Positions 16,969 through 24,911 of a stretch of DNA of 32,000 nt are shown one piece after another. The translations under genes and the position numbers were made by a program. The notes below the pieces were generated by a model. It saw only the letters and a program-made list of their open reading frames with translations, searched no databases and was not told where the DNA came from. This DNA comes from Candidatus Methanoperedens sp. (GTDB lineage Archaea; Halobacteriota; Methanosarcinia; Methanosarcinales; Methanoperedenaceae), in assembly GCA_027460535.1 (NCBI GenBank), contig JAPZAR010000015.1, positions 30,001 to 62,000 of the forward strand, written 5' to 3'. Each line of letters starts with the position of its first letter. The stretch's first letter is position 1.

Positions 16969-17907
16969 ATGAATAGACCGCTCATCTGTTTATTGTTGCT
17001 GCTTGCCGTGGCTTTATCCGGCTGTACAGGTTCAAGTACTACAACTGAAAATGGCCCTGCGCAGATGCAAAAGATTGAACACGCTAATGCCAACCTTGAT
17101 GGAAAGATCGTGGACGTGAAATTTTTTCCCACTGATGCCAGGGCAGGGGAAGTAGTGACTGCAGAACTCATTGTAGCCAATACCGGTACTGAGGTAATTA
17201 AGAATGAAAGTGTGGATATAAAAGTTAAGTTAAAGACTCTCGATGATTTCATGGCAAATATGTATTTAAAAACTATGAGTGACGAAAAGAAAACGCGAAC
17301 TCTGGAGCCACTCGATTTTGATACTGAGATCCAGCCCGAAATGAACAAACCTATCAGCGCTGTTTTTCATACAGTCCAAGAAATGCAAGGAAGAAGTCTT
17401 GCAGGCACATATGAAATCACTATTAATTTATCTGTAAATAGAGAAAAGGTGGAATCGAACATCTTCCCCATAACCCTCCACTCCGGTACGATAAGGGAAT
17501 TTACGCCAATACCCACGCCTTCACCCACTCCAACACCCATCCCGACTCATACACCCACCCCAACGCCTACCATCACCGAAACTGAGACACCTACGCCAAC
17601 ACCCACTCCCGAAATAGTCGCAACCCCAACTGGCATGGAGAAAGAAGTGAGAATTGTCGCCACCGATAAATTCGGCATTAATCAAATACAAATAAATCCA
17701 GGCGATGCGATCCTCTTTAACAACAGAGAAGATGATACTTATACGCTGGTTGAATCGGATCATAAAATGGCTAATATCACAGTGAGCACCAGGGTAGTTC
17801 AAATCTTCAATACAACAGGTGATTACCACTTTGCTCTGATAAGACCTCAAATGCACACGAAACCCAGCGAACTCAATGTTACTGTAAGGGTCAATGCAAG
17901 CCAGTAG
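16969..17907 (+). CDS. Secreted lipoprotein-like protein with a Pro/Thr linker and a C-terminal cupredoxin-like beta domain
   Basis: I trimmed the start to ATG 16969 (MNRPLICLLLLLAVALSGCTGS), which gives a signal peptide with a lipobox-like LSGC. A PT-rich linker follows. The C-terminus (INPGDAILFNNRED..YTL...GDYHF) resembles cupredoxin/EfeO-like folds but has no Cys copper ligand. Confidence 0.6.
   Translation: MNRPLICLLLLLAVALSGCTGSSTTTENGPAQMQKIEHANANLDGKIVDVKFFPTDARAGEVVTAELIVANTGTEVIKNESVDIKVKLKTLDDFMANMYLKTMSDEKKTRTLEPLDFDTEIQPEMNKPISAVFHTVQEMQGRSLAGTYEITINLSVNREKVESNIFPITLHSGTIREFTPIPTPSPTPTPIPTHTPTPTPTITETETPTPTPTPEIVATPTGMEKEVRIVATDKFGINQIQINPGDAILFNNREDDTYTLVESDHKMANITVSTRVVQIFNTTGDYHFALIRPQMHTKPSELNVTVRVNASQ
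17503..17610 (+). repeat. Low-complexity Pro/Thr-coding repeat (TPIPTPSPTPTPIPTHTPTPTPTITETETPTPTPTP)
   Basis: A run of 36 codons is dominated by ACN/CCN. It lies inside the lipoprotein gene. Confidence 0.7.
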
Positions 17908-17937
17908 GCCTGCAATTTTTTTAATAACCTTCAATGT

Positions 17938-18600
17938 ATGAATTCTAGCGTATTCATAGGCGTTGACCTGGGAACCAGCTAAAAGCGCAAAAGTACGGGT
18001 CTGGCTTTTCTCATTGAAAAAAATGGGACTCCGATGATTGAAAGCCAGCCCCTGCATATAATCTCGGAAGATAAATTAATCCGCTGCGCCATCATGCAGA
18101 TATCTGAAAATTTTGGATCAAGTATTATTGCGATAGATGCACCTCTTTCAAGACCTGACCATGGAACAATGCGGGAATGTGAAAAGCGACTGCGCACACA
18201 CGGTATCGCATGCTTCCCTTCGGGCGCAGATTGGGTGAGAAAATGGGTAGACAAAGGGATAGCCCTCAAAGAATGGGCTGAAAAGGAACTTGGTGCCAGG
18301 GTGATAGAGATATATCCATATGCTGCCAGGCTGGAGCTGGACGTGGGCGCTGATGTTAAGAAAAAGACGAGGAATGGACGCGCTTTGATCCAGGAAAGGC
18401 TGCTCGGGTCGATAGGAGGGCTGAGAGAGATGACCGCTGATATACTGCTCTCCGATGATGAACTTGATGCCATACTTTCGGCATATACTGCTTACCTTTA
18501 TGAGAAAGGCAATGCTTGTGAAATAGATGGTGGCGATGGTGTGATATATCTCCCCTTGAAAAAGGGAGACCATAGAATAGATGAATATTCTACAACTTAA
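17938..18600 (+). pseudogene. DUF429 (COG2410, RNase H-fold predicted nuclease)-like gene interrupted by an in-frame TAA
   Basis: ATG 17938 gives MNSSVFIGVDLGTS, then TAA (17980-17982). The same frame continues KRKSTGLAFLIEKNGTP into track ORF 18034..18600. That ORF carries IIAIDAPLS and DDELDAILSAYTAY, the acidic RNase H-like motifs. Confidence 0.55.
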
Positions 18601-18622
18601 GAAAAACTAAGAAGAAGGTGGT

Positions 18623-19762
18623 TTACCTTCTTCTGACAAGCAAAGCTATCAGCACTGCCCCGACCGTAAAAAGTATTTCGAATGCAGGTGCTTTGGGGGT
18701 TGCTGTAGCTGCTACGGTAGTGACTGCGGGCGTTGTGGCCGCAACGGATGGTGCGAAAACCAGCATACTCACCCCGGTCTCATAGCTGTGCCTTGTTTGC
18801 GCATTGTCAAATATCGCAGTTCCGAATGGATATTGCCTGGTCAAATCCGAGAACTGGACATCGTACTGGCTCCCCGTAACAAGCTTTCTGCCATATTCCA
18901 GCGTCCACATGCCATTGCTGTAAACTGCATTGCCTTTGATGTCTGCCCTGTCTCCAGTGGGCGGCATTACAATGATGCCAGCGATTTCATCGTTAGCCTT
19001 ATAAGTATCCGTAAAGGGCATCTTCTGGTTGTCAAATATCCAATACGGTGGAGCTGGCTGATCTGCGGATGTATAATTTGGAGCATTCTTTGCAGCATTG
19101 ACATTATCGTAATATGGGCTTCCTCCGGGATCGGGATGCCTTCCTGCATCTGGTGTTGCAGTACTGTAATGTGTGGAATCGATATACTGGTCATCAAAAT
19201 AGCCGGTAGGATTGGTTCGCACCATCTTCATATGCCAGATGTCACCCATTTCTCCTTGAGACGCTGTGTACATGTTACCATAGGCTTTGACATCGGAATT
19301 TTCAGCTGCATGACAGGTGACAAAACATCCGTTGACGTCAAAACCAGCTATATTAATGTCCCATATCTGGGAAAGCTTGTCTTCATAATAAGTCTCTTCC
19401 CCACCCATTTTTGCACCTGGTGTCATGAGCTGTTTCCAGCTTCCATCAGCCTGTTTCTGCCAGGGTAAGCGCCTCAAGCTCTCCGTGGGGTCATTCCACC
19501 TGGCCAGAAAATACACCGAATCATCGGTGTAAACGCTTTTCAATGTGACCGTATGCGCTCCTGTATTGGCCCCTCCTGCCACATTGACTGTCATCGCAGG
19601 TGCCTGATCCCAAAGCGCCTCTGGAGTTCCGTCAATGACCGGGGCCGTCGACACCTTCATCGAAGTAAGTGTCCCGGCAGCCCCTGATCCTGTGGCGAAA
19701 AGCAACCACAATATTAATCCAGCTGCTAATCCCATGTTGATTTTAACTATCCCTATTTTCAT
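18623..19762 (-). CDS. Cell-surface EB_dh/DOMON-like (ethylbenzene dehydrogenase gamma-subunit-like haem-binding fold) protein with a PGF-CTERM-like anchor
   Basis: I chose ATG 19762 because GGAGG lies 7 nt upstream. The N-terminus is a signal peptide, MKIGIVKINMGLAAGLILWLLFATGSGAAG. APVIDGTPEALWDQAP, DSVYFLARWNDPTES and DIWHMKMVRTNPTGYFDDQY are EB_dh/CBM9-like. GCFVTCH lies at 19310-19327. A Thr-rich linker precedes the C-terminal PAFEILFTVGAVLIALLVRRR. Confidence 0.6.
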   Translation of the reverse strand: MKIGIVKINMGLAAGLILWLLFATGSGAAGTLTSMKVSTAPVIDGTPEALWDQAPAMTVNVAGGANTGAHTVTLKSVYTDDSVYFLARWNDPTESLRRLPWQKQADGSWKQLMTPGAKMGGEETYYEDKLSQIWDINIAGFDVNGCFVTCHAAENSDVKAYGNMYTASQGEMGDIWHMKMVRTNPTGYFDDQYIDSTHYSTATPDAGRHPDPGGSPYYDNVNAAKNAPNYTSADQPAPPYWIFDNQKMPFTDTYKANDEIAGIIVMPPTGDRADIKGNAVYSNGMWTLEYGRKLVTGSQYDVQFSDLTRQYPFGTAIFDNAQTRHSYETGVSMLVFAPSVAATTPAVTTVAATATPKAPAFEILFTVGAVLIALLVRRR

Positions 19763-20025
19763 ATAGTTCCTCCCGAATAATTGCACACACTAATAACCCC
19801 ACTATTAGTGCCGTTATTTGTTGTTTGTCTCTTATAGCTTATAAAGATTTTTCAAATCCTGCTTTTTGGATAATGCATGCCTGAAAAAGAAATGAAAGAA
19901 TAAAAATACGGGATTTAAATGCCTGGGCGTCTGTTCAGTTTGTATGGATGCCCCGTAGTTTTCCAGCCGTCATATTTTATCCTTTATCGATCAAAATAAA
20001 TAGGTTACGATTAAAATAGAAAATT

Positions 20026-20583
20026 ATGGATGCCGAAATAGGAAGCGCAAAAATAATCATGTTACTGGGGGATATCACAGAACAGGGAACAGACGCCATT
20101 GTCAATGCCGCGAATCCCGGCCTTATGGGAGGAGGTGGAGTGGACGGCGCGATACACAGTAAAGGCGGATATGAAATATTGAAGGAATGCAAGGCCATAA
20201 GGAAATTGCTTCCAGAAGGTCTTCCAACGGGAGAAGCGGTGGTAACGACCGGAGGCAGGCTCATGGCAAAGAAGGTTATACACACTGTAGGTCCTATCTG
20301 GGCCGGTGGTTATAAGAAAGAGCCAGAACTGCTTGCGAAAGCTTACCTCAGCAGCCTTACTCTTGCCCTTAAGATGGGATTGAAGACAATATCCTTCCCA
20401 TCCATAAGCACAGGCGCGTATGGATTTCCAATAGATAAAGCGGGACGGATAGCTCTTCTTTCCGTTATCGAATTCCTTGAAAAAAATCCCGGGCTCGAAG
20501 AGGTGAGGTTCGTGTTGCACAGCCCCTCTGATCTTCGAATATATGAAGAAGCCCTATCTGAGATTCTCAAAGAAAAGGCATAG
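20026..20583 (+). CDS. Macro domain protein (O-acetyl-ADP-ribose deacetylase / ADP-ribose-binding, YmdB-like)
   Basis: GDITEQGTDAIVNAANPGLMGGGGVDGAIH, VIHTVGP and ISFPSISTGAYGFP are canonical macro domain motifs. Confidence 0.9.
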   Translation: MDAEIGSAKIIMLLGDITEQGTDAIVNAANPGLMGGGGVDGAIHSKGGYEILKECKAIRKLLPEGLPTGEAVVTTGGRLMAKKVIHTVGPIWAGGYKKEPELLAKAYLSSLTLALKMGLKTISFPSISTGAYGFPIDKAGRIALLSVIEFLEKNPGLEEVRFVLHSPSDLRIYEEALSEILKEKA

Positions 20584-20631
20584 GAGCTGTCAAAAAGTTT
20601 AGTTTTGGGGCTATCATGAAATATTTGAAAA

Positions 20632-20806
20632 TAAAAAACCGCAGATAATGGCGCCCAGAGTCACGGGCCTCCCGAGTCGCGCCTCGGGAGGGCGCGTCCA
20701 CGTCAACCGTCACGTCAGTTGACGCCGTGAACACGTATGGCTCACGCCATACGTGGAGATACATGTCTATGCGTCACGGCGAGCATAACGCCGATGAACG
20801 CAGATT
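20632..20806 (-). ncRNA. Candidate structured RNA or MITE-like element made of four consecutive hairpins; strand tentative
   Basis: This GC-rich island sits in an AT-rich gap. It has stems at 20668-76/20683-91 (9 bp), 20701-07/20718-24 (7 bp), 20732-41/20746-55 (10 bp, loop GUGA on the minus strand) and 20771-81/20789-801 (11 bp with 2 bulges). The minus-strand copy ends in GGUUUUUU (plus-strand A-run 20633-20638). Confidence 0.35.
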
Positions 20807-20904
20807 CAAGATAGCTTATTTGCGATCTATTAATTGTAACAACAAAGGATTGATGCCCACCTCCGGTGGTAATGTTTATATTTCATCAATAATAACATTA
20901 AATC

Positions 20905-21561
20905 ATGGTTGAGCTTGGGAAAATAGACAAACCGGAAGCGATGAGCTTCAAATCCGGAAGAAAACTTTACGTGGTGCCGACGCTGCCCTTTGAAGAACTA
21001 GCCATGCAAGTCAAGCTCGATAACGCAAAAATCGAGCGGTTCTGGGGGGAAGTCAGGGAAAAAATCGATCATTTCGTATCGACCTATGGAAATATCGGCA
21101 GCTTGTATATTGAGGGAATGAACGAGGATGCTGGCTTAGAATTTTTTGAAAGGTACGGAAAGGACAGCAATCATTACAGATTGATAGAGAACCTGACCGA
21201 GCGCGGTGCGAAACTGCAGGGAATCGATAAAGAGGAAAAAATCATGTTTTCTAAACTGCTCTTTGATGAATATTCCAAATCCTTCCTGCCCGAGATCAAG
21301 GAAGTCCACCAGGGTTTCTATGGCAAGGATATTGATTTTGAGAAATGGAGAGATTACCTGGTAAAGAAGATAGAGGAAATCCAGGACGAGATGAGCAAGT
21401 TGGTCTCAAAGCTCATTGGAGAAATGCCTGAAAATTCAAACGGGGTTCTTATCATCACAGATGGGAGGCCCGTGGAGTTCCCGGAAGGTGTGGATGTTTT
21501 CCAGATAAGGCCGCCGGCTTTTGATGAGATCGAGAGGACTATCAGGGGAAAATTGAAGTAA
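20905..21561 (+). CDS. Hypothetical protein, 218 aa, no family recognised
   Basis: The ORF is long, has balanced protein-like composition, and shows no competing ORF. It is acidic and helical in character. Confidence 0.5.
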   Translation: MVELGKIDKPEAMSFKSGRKLYVVPTLPFEELAMQVKLDNAKIERFWGEVREKIDHFVSTYGNIGSLYIEGMNEDAGLEFFERYGKDSNHYRLIENLTERGAKLQGIDKEEKIMFSKLLFDEYSKSFLPEIKEVHQGFYGKDIDFEKWRDYLVKKIEEIQDEMSKLVSKLIGEMPENSNGVLIITDGRPVEFPEGVDVFQIRPPAFDEIERTIRGKLK

Positions 21562-21596
21562 TCTTTATCCTTTCCTGCGTTCTAGTGCTCTCCTCT

Positions 21597-22010
21597 ATGA
21601 ACTGGTTCATTTATGCTGTGGCGTGCCTGTTCCTTTACGGGATCATGCAGTTTTTTATTAAATTAGCATCTACGGGCGGCAATCCTGTCGCATCATCCAT
21701 GATTTTTATTGTAGCCCAGTTCCTGTCGCAGATCCTGCTTGGCGCATATTTGATGTCGAAAAGCGAAGCAGGCATTGATTATGGCAGCATAAAATTCGGG
21801 GTCGCCGGAGGCATCGTGGCAGGCATAGCGACAATATTTTTCTTCCTTGCCCTCCAGCAGTCCACGCTCTCAAAGGTAGTACCAATCGTGAATATGAACG
21901 TGGTGGTAGCAGTTCTGCTGGGTGTGATCTTATTGAAAGATGCCGTGAATTACCGGATGGCTGCAGGGATCGTTCTTGCCGTAATGAGCATATACCTGCT
22001 GACGAACTGA
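21597..22010 (+). CDS. Small EamA-like (DMT superfamily) membrane transporter
   Basis: There are four to five hydrophobic helices within about 137 aa, and the single-EamA-domain layout is typical. The start could instead be GTG 21585, as in the track. Confidence 0.65.
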   Translation: MNWFIYAVACLFLYGIMQFFIKLASTGGNPVASSMIFIVAQFLSQILLGAYLMSKSEAGIDYGSIKFGVAGGIVAGIATIFFFLALQQSTLSKVVPIVNMNVVVAVLLGVILLKDAVNYRMAAGIVLAVMSIYLLTN

Positions 22011-22013
22011 ACT

Positions 22014-22051
22014 AATCAACTTTACTTGATTTAAATTCAATTTTGTTGATT
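22014..22051 (+). promoter_or_regulatory. Two related palindromic boxes upstream of thiC
   Basis: TCAACTTTACTTGATT (22016-22031) has core arms AATCAA/TTGATT. TCAATTTTGTTGATT (22037-22051) is the second box. Both lie just upstream of TATA-like TTTATCTATA (22059-22068) and the thiC ATG at 22100. Confidence 0.3.
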
Positions 22052-22099
22052 GAACACATTTATCTATAAGTGAATCCTTCCAAAAGCCCGGTAATATTC

Positions 22100-23380
22100 A
22101 TGAGTCTCATAGCAGAAGCAAAAAAAGGCAATCTGACACAGGAAATGAAACTGGTGGCAAAGGATGAAGCCGTAGAGCCAGAATTCGTACGGCGCGGAAT
22201 AGAGAGCGGACGCATAGTGATTCCGGTGAGCCCCTATCGCCACACAAAGCCGTGCGGCATAGGCAAAGGGCTTCGCACAAAGGTGAACGCATCCATAGGA
22301 ACTTCATCAGATATCGTGGATATTGAAATGGAGATAGAAAAAGCAAAGGTCGCAGAAGCAACAGGCGCAGATACGCTCATGGAGCTTTCAACAGGAGGAG
22401 ATCTTTATGATATCAGGAAAAAGGTTATCGAATCCACCGCCCTCTCGGTGGGCAGTGTGCCGCTCTACCAGGCTTTCATTGAAGCCATCCGCAAATACGG
22501 CGCAGTCGTTGACATGAAAGAAGACGAGCTCTTCAATATTACAGCCGAGCAGGCAAAACTCGGGACGAATTTCATGGCGATACATACAGGGATAAACCTG
22601 TTCACCGTGGAGCGCCTGAAAAAACAGGGACGATTCGGTGGTCTCTGCTCCCGCGGAGGAGCTTTCATGACCGCCTGGATGCTTCATAACGAGAAAGAGA
22701 ATCCGCTCTACAGCGAGTTCGATTACCTGCTTGAGATAATGAAAGAGCATGAGGTCACATTGAGCATGGGAAACGGTATGCGCGCAGGAGCGATACACGA
22801 TTCCACGGACAGGGCGCAGATACAGGAACTTATTATGAACTCGGAGTTATCAGACAAAGCCCACGATGCTGGCGTGCAGACCATTGTTGAAGGTCCGGGC
22901 CACATCCCGATAGATGAGATCGATGCTAACGTAAAGCTCATGAAGCGATTGAGCGGGGATAAGCCATTCTACATGCTGGGGCCACTGGTCACGGATATCG
23001 CGCCGGGCTATGACCACATCGTTGCTGCCATCGGTGCATCTCTCTCAAGCGCAGCAGGCGCCGATTTCATCTGCTATGTGACGCCCGCAGAGCACCTCGC
23101 GCTCCCCAATATCGATGATGTAAGGCAGGGTGTCATAACCGCAAGGATAGCCGCACATATAGGCGATATGGTGAAGAATAACGACAGGCAGAGGGACCTT
23201 GATATGGGACGCGCCAGGCGGGATCTTAAGTGGGAGAGGATGTACGAACTTGCGATCGACCCCGAACATGCGAGATCCGTGAGGAACAGCCGCTCGCCTG
23301 AGGATGATGAAGCATGCACAATGTGCGGGAATTACTGTGCGCTCAAGATTGTGAAGCAGAATTTCAATTTTGAGCGATAG
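22100..23380 (+). CDS. thiC: Phosphomethylpyrimidine synthase ThiC (radical SAM, short archaeal form)
   Basis: The start is taken at MSLIAEAKKGNLTQEM. GADTLMELSTGG, FMAIHTG, VEGPGHIP, FYMLGPLVTDIAPGYDHI and the C-terminal CTMCGNYCA cluster motif are all present. Confidence 0.95.
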   Translation: MSLIAEAKKGNLTQEMKLVAKDEAVEPEFVRRGIESGRIVIPVSPYRHTKPCGIGKGLRTKVNASIGTSSDIVDIEMEIEKAKVAEATGADTLMELSTGGDLYDIRKKVIESTALSVGSVPLYQAFIEAIRKYGAVVDMKEDELFNITAEQAKLGTNFMAIHTGINLFTVERLKKQGRFGGLCSRGGAFMTAWMLHNEKENPLYSEFDYLLEIMKEHEVTLSMGNGMRAGAIHDSTDRAQIQELIMNSELSDKAHDAGVQTIVEGPGHIPIDEIDANVKLMKRLSGDKPFYMLGPLVTDIAPGYDHIVAAIGASLSSAAGADFICYVTPAEHLALPNIDDVRQGVITARIAAHIGDMVKNNDRQRDLDMGRARRDLKWERMYELAIDPEHARSVRNSRSPEDDEACTMCGNYCALKIVKQNFNFER

Positions 23381-23419
23381 GATATTCTAGGATTTCGAGG
23401 ATGTGACCCGGAATGCCAC

Positions 23420-23460
23420 GGCACCATACGAACGTATGATGCCTTTATGATTCGTTTTTT
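23420..23460 (+). terminator. Hairpin plus T6 downstream of thiC
   Basis: GGCACCATACG (23420-23430) pairs with CGTATGATGCC (23433-23443) with one mismatch. TTTTTT follows at 23455-23460. Confidence 0.4.
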
Positions 23461-23630
23461 GGAATTGTTCCTTATTATCTTAATATGTATTTTTGGCGAA
23501 ACTCACTTTTCGACGATCTCCATATTCTTTCCGATTGAACCGCGCCGGCGATCGGGAGATGACCTTCGCATCATTCCCAGAGATGAAGCTGCCTGAATAA
23601 GCTAAAAAAAGATAAAAAGGAGGGTCAGCC

Positions 23631-24767
23631 CTACTTTTCTTTACTGAAAACCGCAGCCCTTGAAATCGTCTCGCGCGGGAATGATTCCTGCGCACGAGCC
23701 ATGTGCTCCATTGCCTCTCGCAGAGGTTTCACGACTTCCTTGGGGATCACTTCCTTGGGTACCACTGGCCCCCTTGCTGGTTTGACTTCGCCCCCTGACA
23801 GGAACGGGCTTGTTACGCCTGTGAGTACGGCCATCACGCGCACCCTTCCCGCGAGTCCCGAATCCACCTTTGCGCCCCAGATAACGCGCTTGGTGTTGGG
23901 AACCTTATCCATTATCTGCTCACCAACGACAGCGACCTCTTCGAGCGTCAGGTCTTCCCCTCCCACAATATGTATGAGGACACCGTATGCAGTTGATATA
24001 TCAGTAATATCAAGAAGCGGCGTCGATAGGGCCTGTGCCACTGCCTTCTCCACACGGCTTGCGCCGTCGCCTTCACCGATGCCGATCGATGAGATCCCGC
24101 CGCGTTCCATTACCGCGCGCAGGTCGGCGTAATCAAGGTTGATAAGGCTTGGCTGGGTTATGGTATCTGTAATATTCTTAACAAATGCCCCAACGAGCGC
24201 GTTCGCGACAGACAGCGCCTCTTTCAGCGGCAGGTTGCCCGCCACTTCCCTGAGTTTTGAGTTATCTATGACCACGATTGAATCGCAGCTTTCTGCAAGC
24301 GCTTTTATGGCATCGCGTGCTTTCTCTCTCCTTGACATCTCAATTGTGAATGGTATGGTCACGCATGCGATCGTGAGCGCTCCCGCTTCCCTTCCAGCAC
24401 CCGCAAAAACTGGTATTGAACCTGTGCCCGAGCCTCCTCCAAGTCCCGCCACGAGGAAAAGAAGATTGATGTCCTTTAATTCTTCCCTGATCTCGGCCAG
24501 GTTTTCCTTTGCGGCCTCTGCGCCCCTCTCAGGGAAGCCCCCGCAGCCATGGCCCTTGCACAGCTTTTCACCGAGCAGCATGATCTTATCTGCCCGTGTC
24601 ATCGTAAGAAGATGGTTCGCATCCGTATTGGCTCCGATTATCTTGCCGCCTGCGAGTTTCTTATCCGCTATCCATGTTACGATATTACACCCGGCACCGC
24701 CCAGGCCAACTACACAAACCGATGGGCGTGACGTCTTAACTTTTTCTAATAATTCTTCTCTGGTCAT
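23631..24767 (-). CDS. ftsZ: Cell division GTPase FtsZ (paralogue not assignable by eye)
   Basis: I chose ATG 24767 (MTREELL...) because GGAGGC lies upstream. VVGLGGAGCNIV, NTDANHL, GLGGGSGTGS (T4 loop) and VVIDNSKL are tubulin/FtsZ motifs. The track N-terminal extension is lysine/arginine-rich junk. Confidence 0.9.
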   Translation of the reverse strand: MTREELLEKVKTSRPSVCVVGLGGAGCNIVTWIADKKLAGGKIIGANTDANHLLTMTRADKIMLLGEKLCKGHGCGGFPERGAEAAKENLAEIREELKDINLLFLVAGLGGGSGTGSIPVFAGAGREAGALTIACVTIPFTIEMSRREKARDAIKALAESCDSIVVIDNSKLREVAGNLPLKEALSVANALVGAFVKNITDTITQPSLINLDYADLRAVMERGGISSIGIGEGDGASRVEKAVAQALSTPLLDITDISTAYGVLIHIVGGEDLTLEEVAVVGEQIMDKVPNTKRVIWGAKVDSGLAGRVRVMAVLTGVTSPFLSGGEVKPARGPVVPKEVIPKEVVKPLREAMEHMARAQESFPRETISRAAVFSKEK

Positions 24768-24911
24768 AATCCGCCTCCGCTGGTTACTCGTTTTGTTACT
24801 ATTTAAATGCTTTTTTTTATTATGCATTTAATAAAAATTGTAAAAATACCAACACCTGTCAAACCAAAAGTATTTTGCCATTCACCGCCAACAAACATAA
24901 GGAGGTTAGAT

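Noticed and set aside
20567-20912. Track ORFs 20567-20764 (minus strand, 65 aa) and 20727-20912 (plus strand, 61 aa) across the GC-rich island.
   Set aside because: Both are short and Arg/Thr/Val-rich, have no start context, and cut across perfect hairpins. They are more plausibly artefacts of a structured non-coding element.
22011-22099. A TPP riboswitch upstream of thiC.
   Set aside because: The gap is only 89 nt, is AT-rich, and lacks the conserved CUGAGA and pyrimidine-sensor helices. It needs an Infernal scan to be certain.
23631-24767. The FtsZ T4 loop reads GGGSGTG instead of the usual GGGTG[ST]G, and NTDANHL replaces NTDAQxL.
   Set aside because: These are conservative substitutions within a clearly intact GTPase domain. 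Alone they are not evidence for a novel tubulin-family paralogue. A phylogeny would be needed.
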